The notes beneath the pieces are model-generated. The model did not search any database. It had not been told where the DNA came from and saw only the letters and a list, made by a program, of their open reading frames with translations. Shown here in pieces: positions 9,691-18,649 of a stretch of DNA of 64,000 nucleotides. The translations under genes and the position numbers were made by a program. This DNA comes from Terriglobia bacterium. Its GTDB lineage: Bacteria; Acidobacteriota; Terriglobia; JAJPHL01; JAPKYU01. How positions within the stretch are numbered: the first letter of the stretch is position 1; the number at the start of each line of letters is the position of its first letter. The stretch covers positions 928,001 to 992,000 of the forward strand of contig CBDBKE010000004.1 of assembly GCA_965206645.1 (NCBI GenBank), given 5' to 3'.

Positions 9691-9744
9691 TATAATTCCC
9701 TGTTGCAACTATGACGCTACGACCATGACGTTACGAACATGACT
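9691..9744 (+). promoter_or_regulatory. alaS -10 box (TATAAT) and 14-bp tandem repeat forming two mini upstream ORFs
   Basis: TATAAT 9691-9696; atgacgctacgacc atgacgttacgaac atgact at 9711-9744. Confidence 0.6.
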
Positions 9745-12414
9745 GGCAACGCCATCCGTCAGCGCTTCCTTGATTACTTTGCCGGGCGCGAGCACCAAGT
9801 GGTGAGAAGCTCGTCGCTGGTGCCAGCAAACGACCCCACCCTTCTGTTCACCAACGCCGGGATGAATCAGTTCAAGGAGGTTTTCCTCGGGCTGGAGAAG
9901 CGCACTTACGTGCGCGCCTGTAGCGCCCAGAAATGCCTGCGGGCCGGTGGTAAGCATAATGACCTGGAGAACGTCGGCCGCACTCGCCGCCACCATACCT
10001 TTTTCGAGATGCTGGGTAATTTTTCCTTCGGCGACTACTTCAAGCAGGAAGCCATTGCCTACGCCTGGGAACTGGTGACCGCGCCCCCGCCAACCGGCTA
10101 TGGCCTGCCCAAGGAGCGTCTCTACGTAACCATCTTCCGCGACGACGAGCAGGCCGGCAAGCTGTGGCAGAGCGAAGCGGGCGTTGCCGCCGACCGCATC
10201 TTCGGCTTGGACGAGGAGGACAACTTCTGGGCCATGGGAGAGACCGGGCCGTGCGGGCCGTGCTCGGAAATCCATTACGATATGGGCACGGAAGCCAGCG
10301 ACGAAGGCCACGCTGACTGCCGCTTCCCCTGCGAGTGCGGCCGCTACGTCGAAATCTGGAACCTGGTGTTCATGCAGTTCAGCCGCGACGCCGACGGCAA
10401 GATGACGCCGCTGCCCCGCCCCTCGATTGACACCGGCATGGGGCTGGAACGCGTGGCGGCGGTGCTGCAAGGGAAGCTGTCGAACTTTGACACCGACCTA
10501 TTACGCCCGCTGGTGGACCGTGCCGCCGACCTGTGCGGCAAAACCTACGGGGAAATCGCCACCGCTGACGACTCACTGCGCATTTTGGCCGACCACGCCC
10601 GCGCCGCCGACTTCCTGGTCCATGACGGCGTGATGCCCTCCAACGAAGGGCGTGGCTACGTGCTGCGCAAAATCCTGCGCCGTGCCATCCGCCATGGACG
10701 CTTGCTCGGCGTGGAGAAGCCCTTCCTGTTCGAGCTGACCGGCGAGGTTGCCGACCAGACGCAGCAGGCCTACCCGGAGCTGCGGGAAAGCGTGTCACGC
10801 GTGGCCCGGGTGGTGCAGGACGAGGAGCAGCGCTTCGGGCACACCCTGGCCATCGCCCTAAAGGAGTTTGACCGTGCCGTGGCCGAGGTCGCTTCGTCCG
10901 GGACGCTGCCGGGTCCCAAGGTATTTTACCTCTACGACAGCTTCGGCCTGCCCTTGGACCTGATGCAGGAGATCGCCCGCGAGCGCAGCCTGGCAGTGGA
11001 CGAAGTAGGCTTTGAAGCCGAGATGCAGAAGCAGCGCGTGCGCGCCCGCGCTAGTTGGAAAGGAATCGAATGGAGCAAGGTCACTGCTTCCTCCGGCTAC
11101 CGTGAAATCCTCGCCGAGGCCGAGGAAACCGGGGAAAAGCTTCCAACCCGACTCAAGGACTACGAGTGCCTCCAATATGAGACTTACATCTGGAACATGG
11201 TGAGCGGCGGAAAACCGGTAGACAAACTACCGCCGGGCGAGCGCGGCGAGGTGATATTGAACGAAACCCCCTTCTACGGCGAAGGAGGTGGCCAAGTGGG
11301 GGACAAAGGAGTTCTGATTGCGGACGGACTAGAGGTCGCCGTAATTGAGGACACTTTTTATCCTTTACCAGGGATTATTGCTAACCGAGTGCTTACACTT
11401 GCTCCGCTTCGTATCCTCCAACCAGTTATTGCCAAGGTTGAAGAGAGCAGCCGCCGCTCGACCATGCGCAACCATACGGCCACGCACCTCATGCATGCCG
11501 CCCTGCGGCAGGTGCTGGGGCCGCACGTCAAGCAGGCCGGCTCGGTGGTCGAGCCGGCCCGCCTGCGCTTCGACTTCACCCACTACGCCGCGCTGGACGA
11601 ATCAGAAATCGATGAAGTCGAGCGGCTGGTCAACAAGCACGTCCTCGAGGACACCGAGGTCCGCACCGAAATCATGGACCTGGAGGCGGCTCTCGAGACC
11701 GGAGCCATGGCGCTGTTCGATGAGAAGTACGGCGAGCGCGTTCGTGTGGTCCAGGTGCCGGGCTTTTCCACCGAGCTGTGCGGCGGCACCCACGTGCGCC
11801 GCACCGGCGAGATCGGCGTGTTCAAGATCGTCGCCGAGTCCAGCATCGCGGCCGGTGTGCGCCGCATTGAGGCCCTCACCGGCGAGGCGGCCTACCGCCA
11901 CTATCGCGACGCCGTGGGGGCCATCCAGCGCCTCCAGCAGGCGCTGCGCACTAACGAGCCGGAAGTCGTGGAGGCGGTCGAGCGGCTGATCCAGCAGCAG
12001 CGGGCGCTGGAGAAGAAACTGTCGCAGATGCGCACGCGGCTGGCTCGCACTGAGCGCGGCGAGCTGGTGGCCGGCGGCGTGCGCTCAGTCAAGGACGTTC
12101 AGGTGCTCTCTTCCTGCGTGGAGGAAATGGACCGCACCCACCTGCGCGACATGGTGGATGCCCTCAAGACAGAGCTGAAGTCCGGGGTGGTGGTGCTGGG
12201 GGCAGCCGGTGATGGAAAGGTGGCGCTGGTGGTCGGAGTCACCAAAGACCTCACCTCACGCCTGCACGCCGGCAAGATTGCCCAGGCAGTAGCTAAGAAA
12301 GTGGGCGGCACCGGCGGCGGCCGCCCTGACCTGGCCGAAGCTGGCGGCAAGAATCCTGAAAAGCTGGACTCGGCCATCGCCCAGGTCTGCGACATCGTCA
12401 ACTCGATGCTGTAG
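9739..12414 (+). CDS. alaS: Alanine--tRNA ligase
   Basis: DPTLLFTNAGMNQFK, HHTFFEMLGNFSFGDYFK, HTATH and ELCGGTH editing motifs, GGGRP C-terminus. Confidence 0.98.
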   Translation: MTGNAIRQRFLDYFAGREHQVVRSSSLVPANDPTLLFTNAGMNQFKEVFLGLEKRTYVRACSAQKCLRAGGKHNDLENVGRTRRHHTFFEMLGNFSFGDYFKQEAIAYAWELVTAPPPTGYGLPKERLYVTIFRDDEQAGKLWQSEAGVAADRIFGLDEEDNFWAMGETGPCGPCSEIHYDMGTEASDEGHADCRFPCECGRYVEIWNLVFMQFSRDADGKMTPLPRPSIDTGMGLERVAAVLQGKLSNFDTDLLRPLVDRAADLCGKTYGEIATADDSLRILADHARAADFLVHDGVMPSNEGRGYVLRKILRRAIRHGRLLGVEKPFLFELTGEVADQTQQAYPELRESVSRVARVVQDEEQRFGHTLAIALKEFDRAVAEVASSGTLPGPKVFYLYDSFGLPLDLMQEIARERSLAVDEVGFEAEMQKQRVRARASWKGIEWSKVTASSGYREILAEAEETGEKLPTRLKDYECLQYETYIWNMVSGGKPVDKLPPGERGEVILNETPFYGEGGGQVGDKGVLIADGLEVAVIEDTFYPLPGIIANRVLTLAPLRILQPVIAKVEESSRRSTMRNHTATHLMHAALRQVLGPHVKQAGSVVEPARLRFDFTHYAALDESEIDEVERLVNKHVLEDTEVRTEIMDLEAALETGAMALFDEKYGERVRVVQVPGFSTELCGGTHVRRTGEIGVFKIVAESSIAAGVRRIEALTGEAAYRHYRDAVGAIQRLQQALRTNEPEVVEAVERLIQQQRALEKKLSQMRTRLARTERGELVAGGVRSVKDVQVLSSCVEEMDRTHLRDMVDALKTELKSGVVVLGAAGDGKVALVVGVTKDLTSRLHAGKIAQAVAKKVGGTGGGRPDLAEAGGKNPEKLDSAIAQVCDIVNSML

Positions 12415-12447
12415 CGCCTAGCTCGCCGCAGGGGACGCCGGGCAGGG

Positions 12448-13797
12448 CTAACGGCCGGTGCGCCGCCGAGTTCCCGCCTTAACCGGCTTTGTGAAACCAA
12501 ACACGCGCTGGAAGATGGTGCCCACGTGGCGCAGGTGCCGGTCGAGATCGAAGGCCGCTTCGATTTGCTTGCGGCTCAACGCAGCCGTAATGTCGGGGTC
12601 GGCCAACACTAGTTGGCGAAAATCGCTGCCGCTATCCGACGCCTGCATGGCGTTGCGCTGCACCCAGCGATAGGCATCCTCCCGTCGCGCACCCTTCTCC
12701 GCCAGGTCCAACAGGAGCTGTCCGGAAAAGATCAGCCCGCGCGTCATCTCCAGGTTCTGGCGCATGCGCTCCGGGTAAACCACCAGCTTGTCAATCAGGC
12801 CGGCGGTACGGTCCAGCAGGTAGTCCAGCAGGATGGTGGAGTCGGGCAGTATGACGCGCTCGACTGAGGAGTGGGAAATGTCGCGCTCGTGCCATAGCGC
12901 CACATTTTCGAGCCCCGCCTGGGCGTTCGAGCGCACCAACCGCGCCAGCCCGCAGATCTGCTCGCAGGTCACCGGGTTGCGCTTGTGAGGCATGGCCGAG
13001 GAACCCTTCTGGCCAGCGCTGAAGTACTCCTCGGCCTCGCGCACCTCCGTGCGCTGCAGGTTGCGGACCTCCAGCGCGATCTTTTCCAGCGTGCTGGCCG
13101 CCACGGCCAGCGTTGTCAGATAGTAGGCGTGGCGGTCGCGCTGCAGGATCTGGCTGGAAACTTCAGCCGCCTTCAACCCGAGGCGCGCGCATACCTTTTC
13201 TTCAATTTCCGGCCCCAGGTGTGCAAAGGTGCCGACGGCGCCCGACAGCTTGCCCACCCGCATCTGTTCGGCGGCGGCTTCCAGGCGCGCCAGATTGCGG
13301 CGGTTTTCCGTAAACCACAGGGCCAGCTTCAGGCCGAACGTGGTGGGCTCGGCGTGCACGCCGTGAGTGCGCCCCACCATGACGGTGTGGCGGAACTCGT
13401 GCGCGCGGCGCTCCAGCACTGCGCCCAGCCGCTCGAGGCCCTCCCGCAGCAGTGCCGAAGCCTCCGAGAACTGCAGCCCCAGCGCCGTATCTACGACGTC
13501 GTAGGAAGTAAGCCCGTAATGCAGGTAGCGCGACACGTTCCCCGGTTCGCCGTCCAGCGACTCGGCTACCGCGGTGGTGAAAGCGACCACGTCGTGCTTC
13601 ACCTCGCGCTCGATTTCAGCAATGCGGGCCACATCGAAGCGCGCCTTCTTGCGCAGAATGCGGGCGGCTTCGGCCGGGATCAAGCCGGCCTCGGCTTCGA
13701 CTTCCGCCGTGGCCAGCTCCACGTCCAGCCAGCGGCGCAAGCGGTTCTCGTCGCTCCAGATGCGGCCCATCGCGGGCCGTGTGTAGCGAGTAATCAT
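12448..13797 (-). CDS. purB: Adenylosuccinate lyase
   Basis: MITRYT, KHDVVAF, GRTHGVHAEP, GSSAMPHKRNP signature. Confidence 0.97.
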   Translation of the reverse strand: MITRYTRPAMGRIWSDENRLRRWLDVELATAEVEAEAGLIPAEAARILRKKARFDVARIAEIEREVKHDVVAFTTAVAESLDGEPGNVSRYLHYGLTSYDVVDTALGLQFSEASALLREGLERLGAVLERRAHEFRHTVMVGRTHGVHAEPTTFGLKLALWFTENRRNLARLEAAAEQMRVGKLSGAVGTFAHLGPEIEEKVCARLGLKAAEVSSQILQRDRHAYYLTTLAVAASTLEKIALEVRNLQRTEVREAEEYFSAGQKGSSAMPHKRNPVTCEQICGLARLVRSNAQAGLENVALWHERDISHSSVERVILPDSTILLDYLLDRTAGLIDKLVVYPERMRQNLEMTRGLIFSGQLLLDLAEKGARREDAYRWVQRNAMQASDSGSDFRQLVLADPDITAALSRKQIEAAFDLDRHLRHVGTIFQRVFGFTKPVKAGTRRRTGR

Positions 13798-13831
13798 CAG
13801 AGATGCCGGGTTTCAGGTGTCGGGCGCCCGG

Positions 13832-13891
13832 GTTGCGTAGGTCCCGGCAACGCTGCGTAGGTCCCGGCGGCGTTGCGTACGTCCCGGCAAC
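13832..13891. repeat. Three tandem 20-bp units, each a small hairpin
   Basis: gttgcgtaggtcccggcaac / gctgcgtaggtcccggcggc / gttgcgtacgtcccggcaac between divergent purB and selB. Confidence 0.9.
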
Positions 13892-14014
13892 AGTGAGTCT
13901 AACATGGGAACGCAGCAGAAGAGGCCTAGGGGGCCGGCCATTGGACTGGCCACCTCCGCAACCGGCCGGCAAATCCTCCGGCAAATCCTGCGGATGCTAG
14001 AATGAAACTCCGCC

Positions 14015-15955
14015 ATGAAGCACGTCATTGTTGGCACCGCCGGGCACATTGACCACGGCAAGAGCGCCCTGGTCAAGGCGCTGACCGGCACCGACCCCGA
14101 CCGGCTGGCTGAGGAGAAGCGACGCGGCATCACCATTGACCTGGGCTTCGCGCACCTTGAGCTTCCGGCGCAGGCAGACCAGCCTGCGCTTCGCCTAGCG
14201 TTCGTGGACGTGCCCGGCCACGAGCGCTTTGTGAAGAACATGCTGGCCGGCATCGGCGGCATTGACCTGGTGCTGTTCGTGGTGGCCGCCGATGAGTCCA
14301 TCAAGCCGCAGACGCGCGAGCACTTCGACATCTGCCGCCTGCTGGAGGTGCGCCGTGGCCTGGTGGCGCTGACCAAAACCGACCTGGTGGACCGCGACCT
14401 GGTTGAGTTGGTGCGGCTGGAGGTGGAGGAGTTCGTCGGCAGCTCATTCCTTACCGGGACGCCCATTGTTCCGGTGAGCGTGCGCACCGGCGAAGGCCTC
14501 GACCGGCTGAGGGCGGAACTGGCCCGCCTGGCCGCGGAGGCGCCGGCGAAGGACTCCTCGCGCCACTTCCGCCTGCCCGTTGATCGCTCCTTCGTGATGA
14601 AGGGCTTTGGCCCGGTGGTCACCGGCACCCTGGTCTCCGGCACGCTAACGAAGGACAACGAAGTGGAACTGTTTCCGACGCGCCGGCGGCTGCGCGTCCG
14701 CGGCATCCAGGTGCACGGCCAGCCGGCGGAGCGCACGCTGGCTGGACAGCGCACCGCGTTGAACCTGGCCGGCATCGAGCTCGCGGAGCTCGAGCGCGGG
14801 ATGACTCTCGCGGCGCCAGGCGTGTTTGAGCCGACCCAGCGCATCGAGACGCTGCTGCACCTGCTGCCTTCAGTCCGGCCTCTGAAACACCGTGCCCGCG
14901 TGCATTTCCACTGTGGGACAGCAGCGGTCGTTTCTGAAGTGCGCCTGGGGACGGGAATGGAAAAGCTGGAGCCAGGCAGCAGCACCTACGCCCAACTCCT
15001 TTTGCGAGAACCGGCGCTGCTGCTGCCCGGCGACCGCTTCATCATCCGGCAGTTCTCGCCGGTCATCACCATCGGCGGCGGGCGCGTGCTGGACAATCAA
15101 GCTTCACCCCGACGCGCCAGGTCAGGCACGGCCAGGTCGGGCACGGGAGGAAACACGGCTGAATTCCTGAAGATTCTAGAGACCGGGTCCCGGGAGGAAA
15201 TCCTGCTGGCGCTGCTCCAGCGCGGGGAGCCTGCTGCCGCCGCGTCGCAACTGATCGCCCGCACCGGCTGGCTGGAAAGCGAGCTGCGGGAAACGGCAGG
15301 CGCGCTGGCCCGGCAGAAGAAAGCTGAGATTTTGTCAGACTCGCCGCTGGTTCTGGCACATGGCGAGCGATTCCGCGAGCTGCTGACGGAAGCGACAGCA
15401 CTTGTCGAGAAATTTCACGCCGCCAACCCGCTGCTGCCCGGCATCCCAAAGGAGGAACTCCGCGACCGCAGTTTCGGCCGCCTGTCGCCGCTGGTCTTCG
15501 AGGCCGCGCTGGCTCGCTTGGCGGCCGAAGGCCGCCTGGAAGCTCAGGGCGAGATTGTCAAGCAGGCCGGGCGTCGCATTGTCCTCACCGAGGAAGAAGA
15601 GCAGGCGAAACAGCGGATCATCGCCGCATTTGAAAACGCCGGGCTGACGGTGCCCTCGGTCAAAGAAGTGCTGGGGAAACTGCCGATCGAGCCGCAGCGC
15701 GCTCAGAAGATTCTGCGAATCCTGATCAAGGAACTGGCGCTGGTCAAGGTGAGCGAGGAGCTGGTGTTTCACCGCAGCGCCATCGAGCGATTGCGCGCGC
15801 AGCTCGCACACTACAAAGCGCGGAGCGACCGGCTGAACGTGTCCAGCTTCAAGGACCTGGCCGGCATCAGTCGCAAGTACGCCATTCCCTTGCTGGAGTA
15901 TCTGGACCGCGAACGAGTCACCCGGCGGGTAGGCGACGACCGAGTCATTTTGTGA
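14015..15955 (+). CDS. selB: Selenocysteine-specific elongation factor
   Basis: GTAGHIDHGKS, EEKRRGITIDLGFA, DVPGHERF, C-terminal winged helix SRKYAIPLLEYLD. Confidence 0.95.
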   Translation: MKHVIVGTAGHIDHGKSALVKALTGTDPDRLAEEKRRGITIDLGFAHLELPAQADQPALRLAFVDVPGHERFVKNMLAGIGGIDLVLFVVAADESIKPQTREHFDICRLLEVRRGLVALTKTDLVDRDLVELVRLEVEEFVGSSFLTGTPIVPVSVRTGEGLDRLRAELARLAAEAPAKDSSRHFRLPVDRSFVMKGFGPVVTGTLVSGTLTKDNEVELFPTRRRLRVRGIQVHGQPAERTLAGQRTALNLAGIELAELERGMTLAAPGVFEPTQRIETLLHLLPSVRPLKHRARVHFHCGTAAVVSEVRLGTGMEKLEPGSSTYAQLLLREPALLLPGDRFIIRQFSPVITIGGGRVLDNQASPRRARSGTARSGTGGNTAEFLKILETGSREEILLALLQRGEPAAAASQLIARTGWLESELRETAGALARQKKAEILSDSPLVLAHGERFRELLTEATALVEKFHAANPLLPGIPKEELRDRSFGRLSPLVFEAALARLAAEGRLEAQGEIVKQAGRRIVLTEEEEQAKQRIIAAFENAGLTVPSVKEVLGKLPIEPQRAQKILRILIKELALVKVSEELVFHRSAIERLRAQLAHYKARSDRLNVSSFKDLAGISRKYAIPLLEYLDRERVTRRVGDDRVIL

Positions 15956-16037
15956 GTGGTTTGCAAAACGCATATTTCGAATTCGTGATAACGAGGATAA
16001 AACACAGTTGCACGGTGCACCAATCCGAGATTCTCTG

Positions 16038-18608
16038 ATGCGCGCCGATCTGGAAGTATTGGAATTTCCGGCGCTGCTGGACCTGCTCGGGCGCTACGCG
16101 CGCACGCCGGGCGGCTGCAAGCGGCTGCTGGCATTGCGCCCCCATCACGATCGGGAACAGTTGGAAGTCCAACTGGACCGGTCGCGGGAGGCAGCCGAAT
16201 ACCTGCGCGCAGCGGCTGCGCCGGCTCCTGCAGAATCCAGCAAGGGTGGGTCGGGACCCGGCAAATCCGCCCCTCTGCTGCGGCTGGACTTTGGGGGCAT
16301 CGGCGACCTGGAGCCGGTGCTGGCCAACCTGCGTATGGAGGGCGCTGAACTGGAGCCCTCGGAAATCTCCGCCGTGCTGCAGCTGCTGGACCGCGCCGGC
16401 GACTGCAAGCACGTTTTGACGGCCCGTCGCGATCGCTTCCCGGTGCTGGCCGAGCTGGTTGCCGGCATTGGCGAATTTCGCCGCCTCCTCCGCGAACTCA
16501 GCGGCAAAATTCGGCCGGACGGCACCCTGGAGGACCACGCCTCGCTGGAATTGTGGCGACTTCGCCGGGAAATCGAGAAGCAGAAAAGAGCTGTGCAGGA
16601 GTCATTGAACTCGTTCCTGCGGCGGCACGCGGAAGAAGACATCCTGCAAGAAGAGCTGGTCACCATCCGCAACGAGCGTTTTGTGGTGCCCGTAAAGGTG
16701 GGCGCCCGGCGGCGGCTGGACGGCGTCGTGCATGGGTCCAGTTCCAGCGGCCAGACCCTGTTCGTGGAGCCGATGCAGACTATCGAACTCAACAACGAAC
16801 TGGTGGCGCTGGTCGAAGAGGAGTTGCAGGAGGTGCACCGCATCCTGCGCGAGATGACCGCCCGTTTGCGTGAACAGGCCGGCGGCGTGCAACTGGCGCT
16901 GGAAATCCTCACGGAACTGGATGTCGCTTTCGCCAAGGGACGTTTTGCCGTCGAGTTCGACTGCGTGACGCCGCACTTCAACACCGAGCCGCGCCTCTGC
17001 TTGCGTGAGGCGCGCCATCCGCTGCTCCAGGAAGTGCTCCGGGAGGTGCACCGCCGTCGCAGTCGTACGCAAGCTCGTCCCGGCACGCCGACAGGGGCGT
17101 CCGGACGACCGTCCAGCGCGCCCTCCAGCCTGCCCGCCGGCCCGCGCTCCAGCCCACCGGCCGGCATCGTCCCGCTGTCCCTTGAGCTGGATCGGGAACA
17201 CCGCGTGCTGGTTATCAGCGGCCCCAATGCCGGCGGCAAGACGGTGGCGCTAAAAACCTTGGGGCTGCTGGTGCTCGCTGCGCAGGCCGGCATCCCGGTG
17301 CCGGCCGCCGAGGCTGACCTGCCCCTGCTGGAGCAGGTGCTGGCCGACATCGGCGACTACCAATCCATCCAGGAGAGCCTCAGCACGTTTTCCGCCCACC
17401 TCACCAACATTCAGCGGATGGTTGAGCAGACACCGCCGGGAACACCCAGTGAGCGCACGCTGGTCTTGCTGGACGAGCTGGGCGCCGCCACCGATCCACA
17501 AGAGGGCGGCGCACTGGCAGTGGCGATTGCGGACTACTTCCTGCGGTCCGGCGCCCTGGTGCTGGCATCTACCCACCATCTGGCTCTGAAAGCCTACGCC
17601 ACCAACACCCCCGGGGTGCTCAACGCGTCGGTGGGTTTCGATGAGCGCACACTGCAACCCACTTACCGGCTGAATATCGGAATCCCTGGAAAATCCAGCG
17701 GGATTGCGATTGCCCAGCGGTTGGGTTTGCAGCGGGAAATTGTGGCCCGTGCGCGTCAGGCGCTCAGCACGCAGGACGAGGAGGTGTCGCGCCTGTTGGC
17801 CGAACTCCACCAGAGCACCGAGGAAGCCGAGCGGCTCCGGACAGAGGTGGCGGCACGAGAGCAGCAACTGCGGGAGCGCACTGCGCAGGTGGCCGCCCAG
17901 TGGGAAAAGCGCGAAAAGCGCCGACTGGATGACATGGAGCAGCGGGTGGAGTCGCTGCTCGGCGAGTTTGACCAGCAGGCGCGCGCCGTGCTGCAGCAGA
18001 TTGACGACCGGCGCTTGCAAAAGCAGGCCGAGCGCCGCGTCGCCCGTGCCCGCAGCCAACTGCGGGAGGAATTCGACACGGCAGTGGTGCAGCAGTTAGG
18101 AGGTACGGCGGAGGAAGCGCAAGCCAAAACCGAAAAAGCGCCGCGCCCGCTGCTGGCCCTCCGCGAGGGCGACAGGGTTCGCGTCCGGGCTTTGGGACGT
18201 CAGGGAGTGGTGCGACGGCGCCTGGACTGGAACCACCTGGAGGTAGAGGTCGGCGCCATGAAGATGAAGGTCTCCCTGGATCAGGTCGAGGCGGTCACTG
18301 AACCTCAAACGAGCCAGGCGCCGGAAAACGTCACCGTCCACCTGGAGGCCCGCACCGACGTTTCTCCTTCCGAGATCAACGTGATCGGCAGCACCGCGGA
18401 GGAAGCTCGCGAACGGGTGGACAAGTTCCTGGACTCGGCCGTGCTGGCCGCCATGCCTAAGGTGCGGGTCGTCCACGGCCACGGGATGGGTGTGCTGCGC
18501 AGGACCCTGCACGAGTTTTTCGGCGGCCACCCCCAGGTAGAGCGTTTTTACCCGGCGCGGCAGCAAGAGGGCGGCACAGGCGCTACCATCGTGGAGCTGC
18601 GCGTGTAA
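16038..18608 (+). CDS. mutS2: Endonuclease MutS2
   Basis: LEVLEF N-terminus, ISGPNAGGKT, SLSTFSAH, LDELGAATDP, C-terminal Smr domain VHGHGMGVL. Confidence 0.95.
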   Translation: MRADLEVLEFPALLDLLGRYARTPGGCKRLLALRPHHDREQLEVQLDRSREAAEYLRAAAAPAPAESSKGGSGPGKSAPLLRLDFGGIGDLEPVLANLRMEGAELEPSEISAVLQLLDRAGDCKHVLTARRDRFPVLAELVAGIGEFRRLLRELSGKIRPDGTLEDHASLELWRLRREIEKQKRAVQESLNSFLRRHAEEDILQEELVTIRNERFVVPVKVGARRRLDGVVHGSSSSGQTLFVEPMQTIELNNELVALVEEELQEVHRILREMTARLREQAGGVQLALEILTELDVAFAKGRFAVEFDCVTPHFNTEPRLCLREARHPLLQEVLREVHRRRSRTQARPGTPTGASGRPSSAPSSLPAGPRSSPPAGIVPLSLELDREHRVLVISGPNAGGKTVALKTLGLLVLAAQAGIPVPAAEADLPLLEQVLADIGDYQSIQESLSTFSAHLTNIQRMVEQTPPGTPSERTLVLLDELGAATDPQEGGALAVAIADYFLRSGALVLASTHHLALKAYATNTPGVLNASVGFDERTLQPTYRLNIGIPGKSSGIAIAQRLGLQREIVARARQALSTQDEEVSRLLAELHQSTEEAERLRTEVAAREQQLRERTAQVAAQWEKREKRRLDDMEQRVESLLGEFDQQARAVLQQIDDRRLQKQAERRVARARSQLREEFDTAVVQQLGGTAEEAQAKTEKAPRPLLALREGDRVRVRALGRQGVVRRRLDWNHLEVEVGAMKMKVSLDQVEAVTEPQTSQAPENVTVHLEARTDVSPSEINVIGSTAEEARERVDKFLDSAVLAAMPKVRVVHGHGMGVLRRTLHEFFGGHPQVERFYPARQQEGGTGATIVELRV

Positions 18609-18649
18609 ATCCACGAAGATGCTTTGCCCGGTTCTCGCGGAGATGGCAC

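Noticed and set aside
9277-9714. 145-aa ORF between recX and alaS
   Set aside because: No recognisable motif, atypical composition, and it overlaps both recX and the alaS promoter.
13832-13891. Possible mini-CRISPR array (GTTGC...GCAAC units)
   Set aside because: The units are directly adjacent with no spacers, and there are no cas genes in the window.
13798-16037. tRNA-Sec or other sel genes next to selB
   Set aside because: No cloverleaf or selA/selD ORF is visible in the flanks; they may lie elsewhere in the genome.
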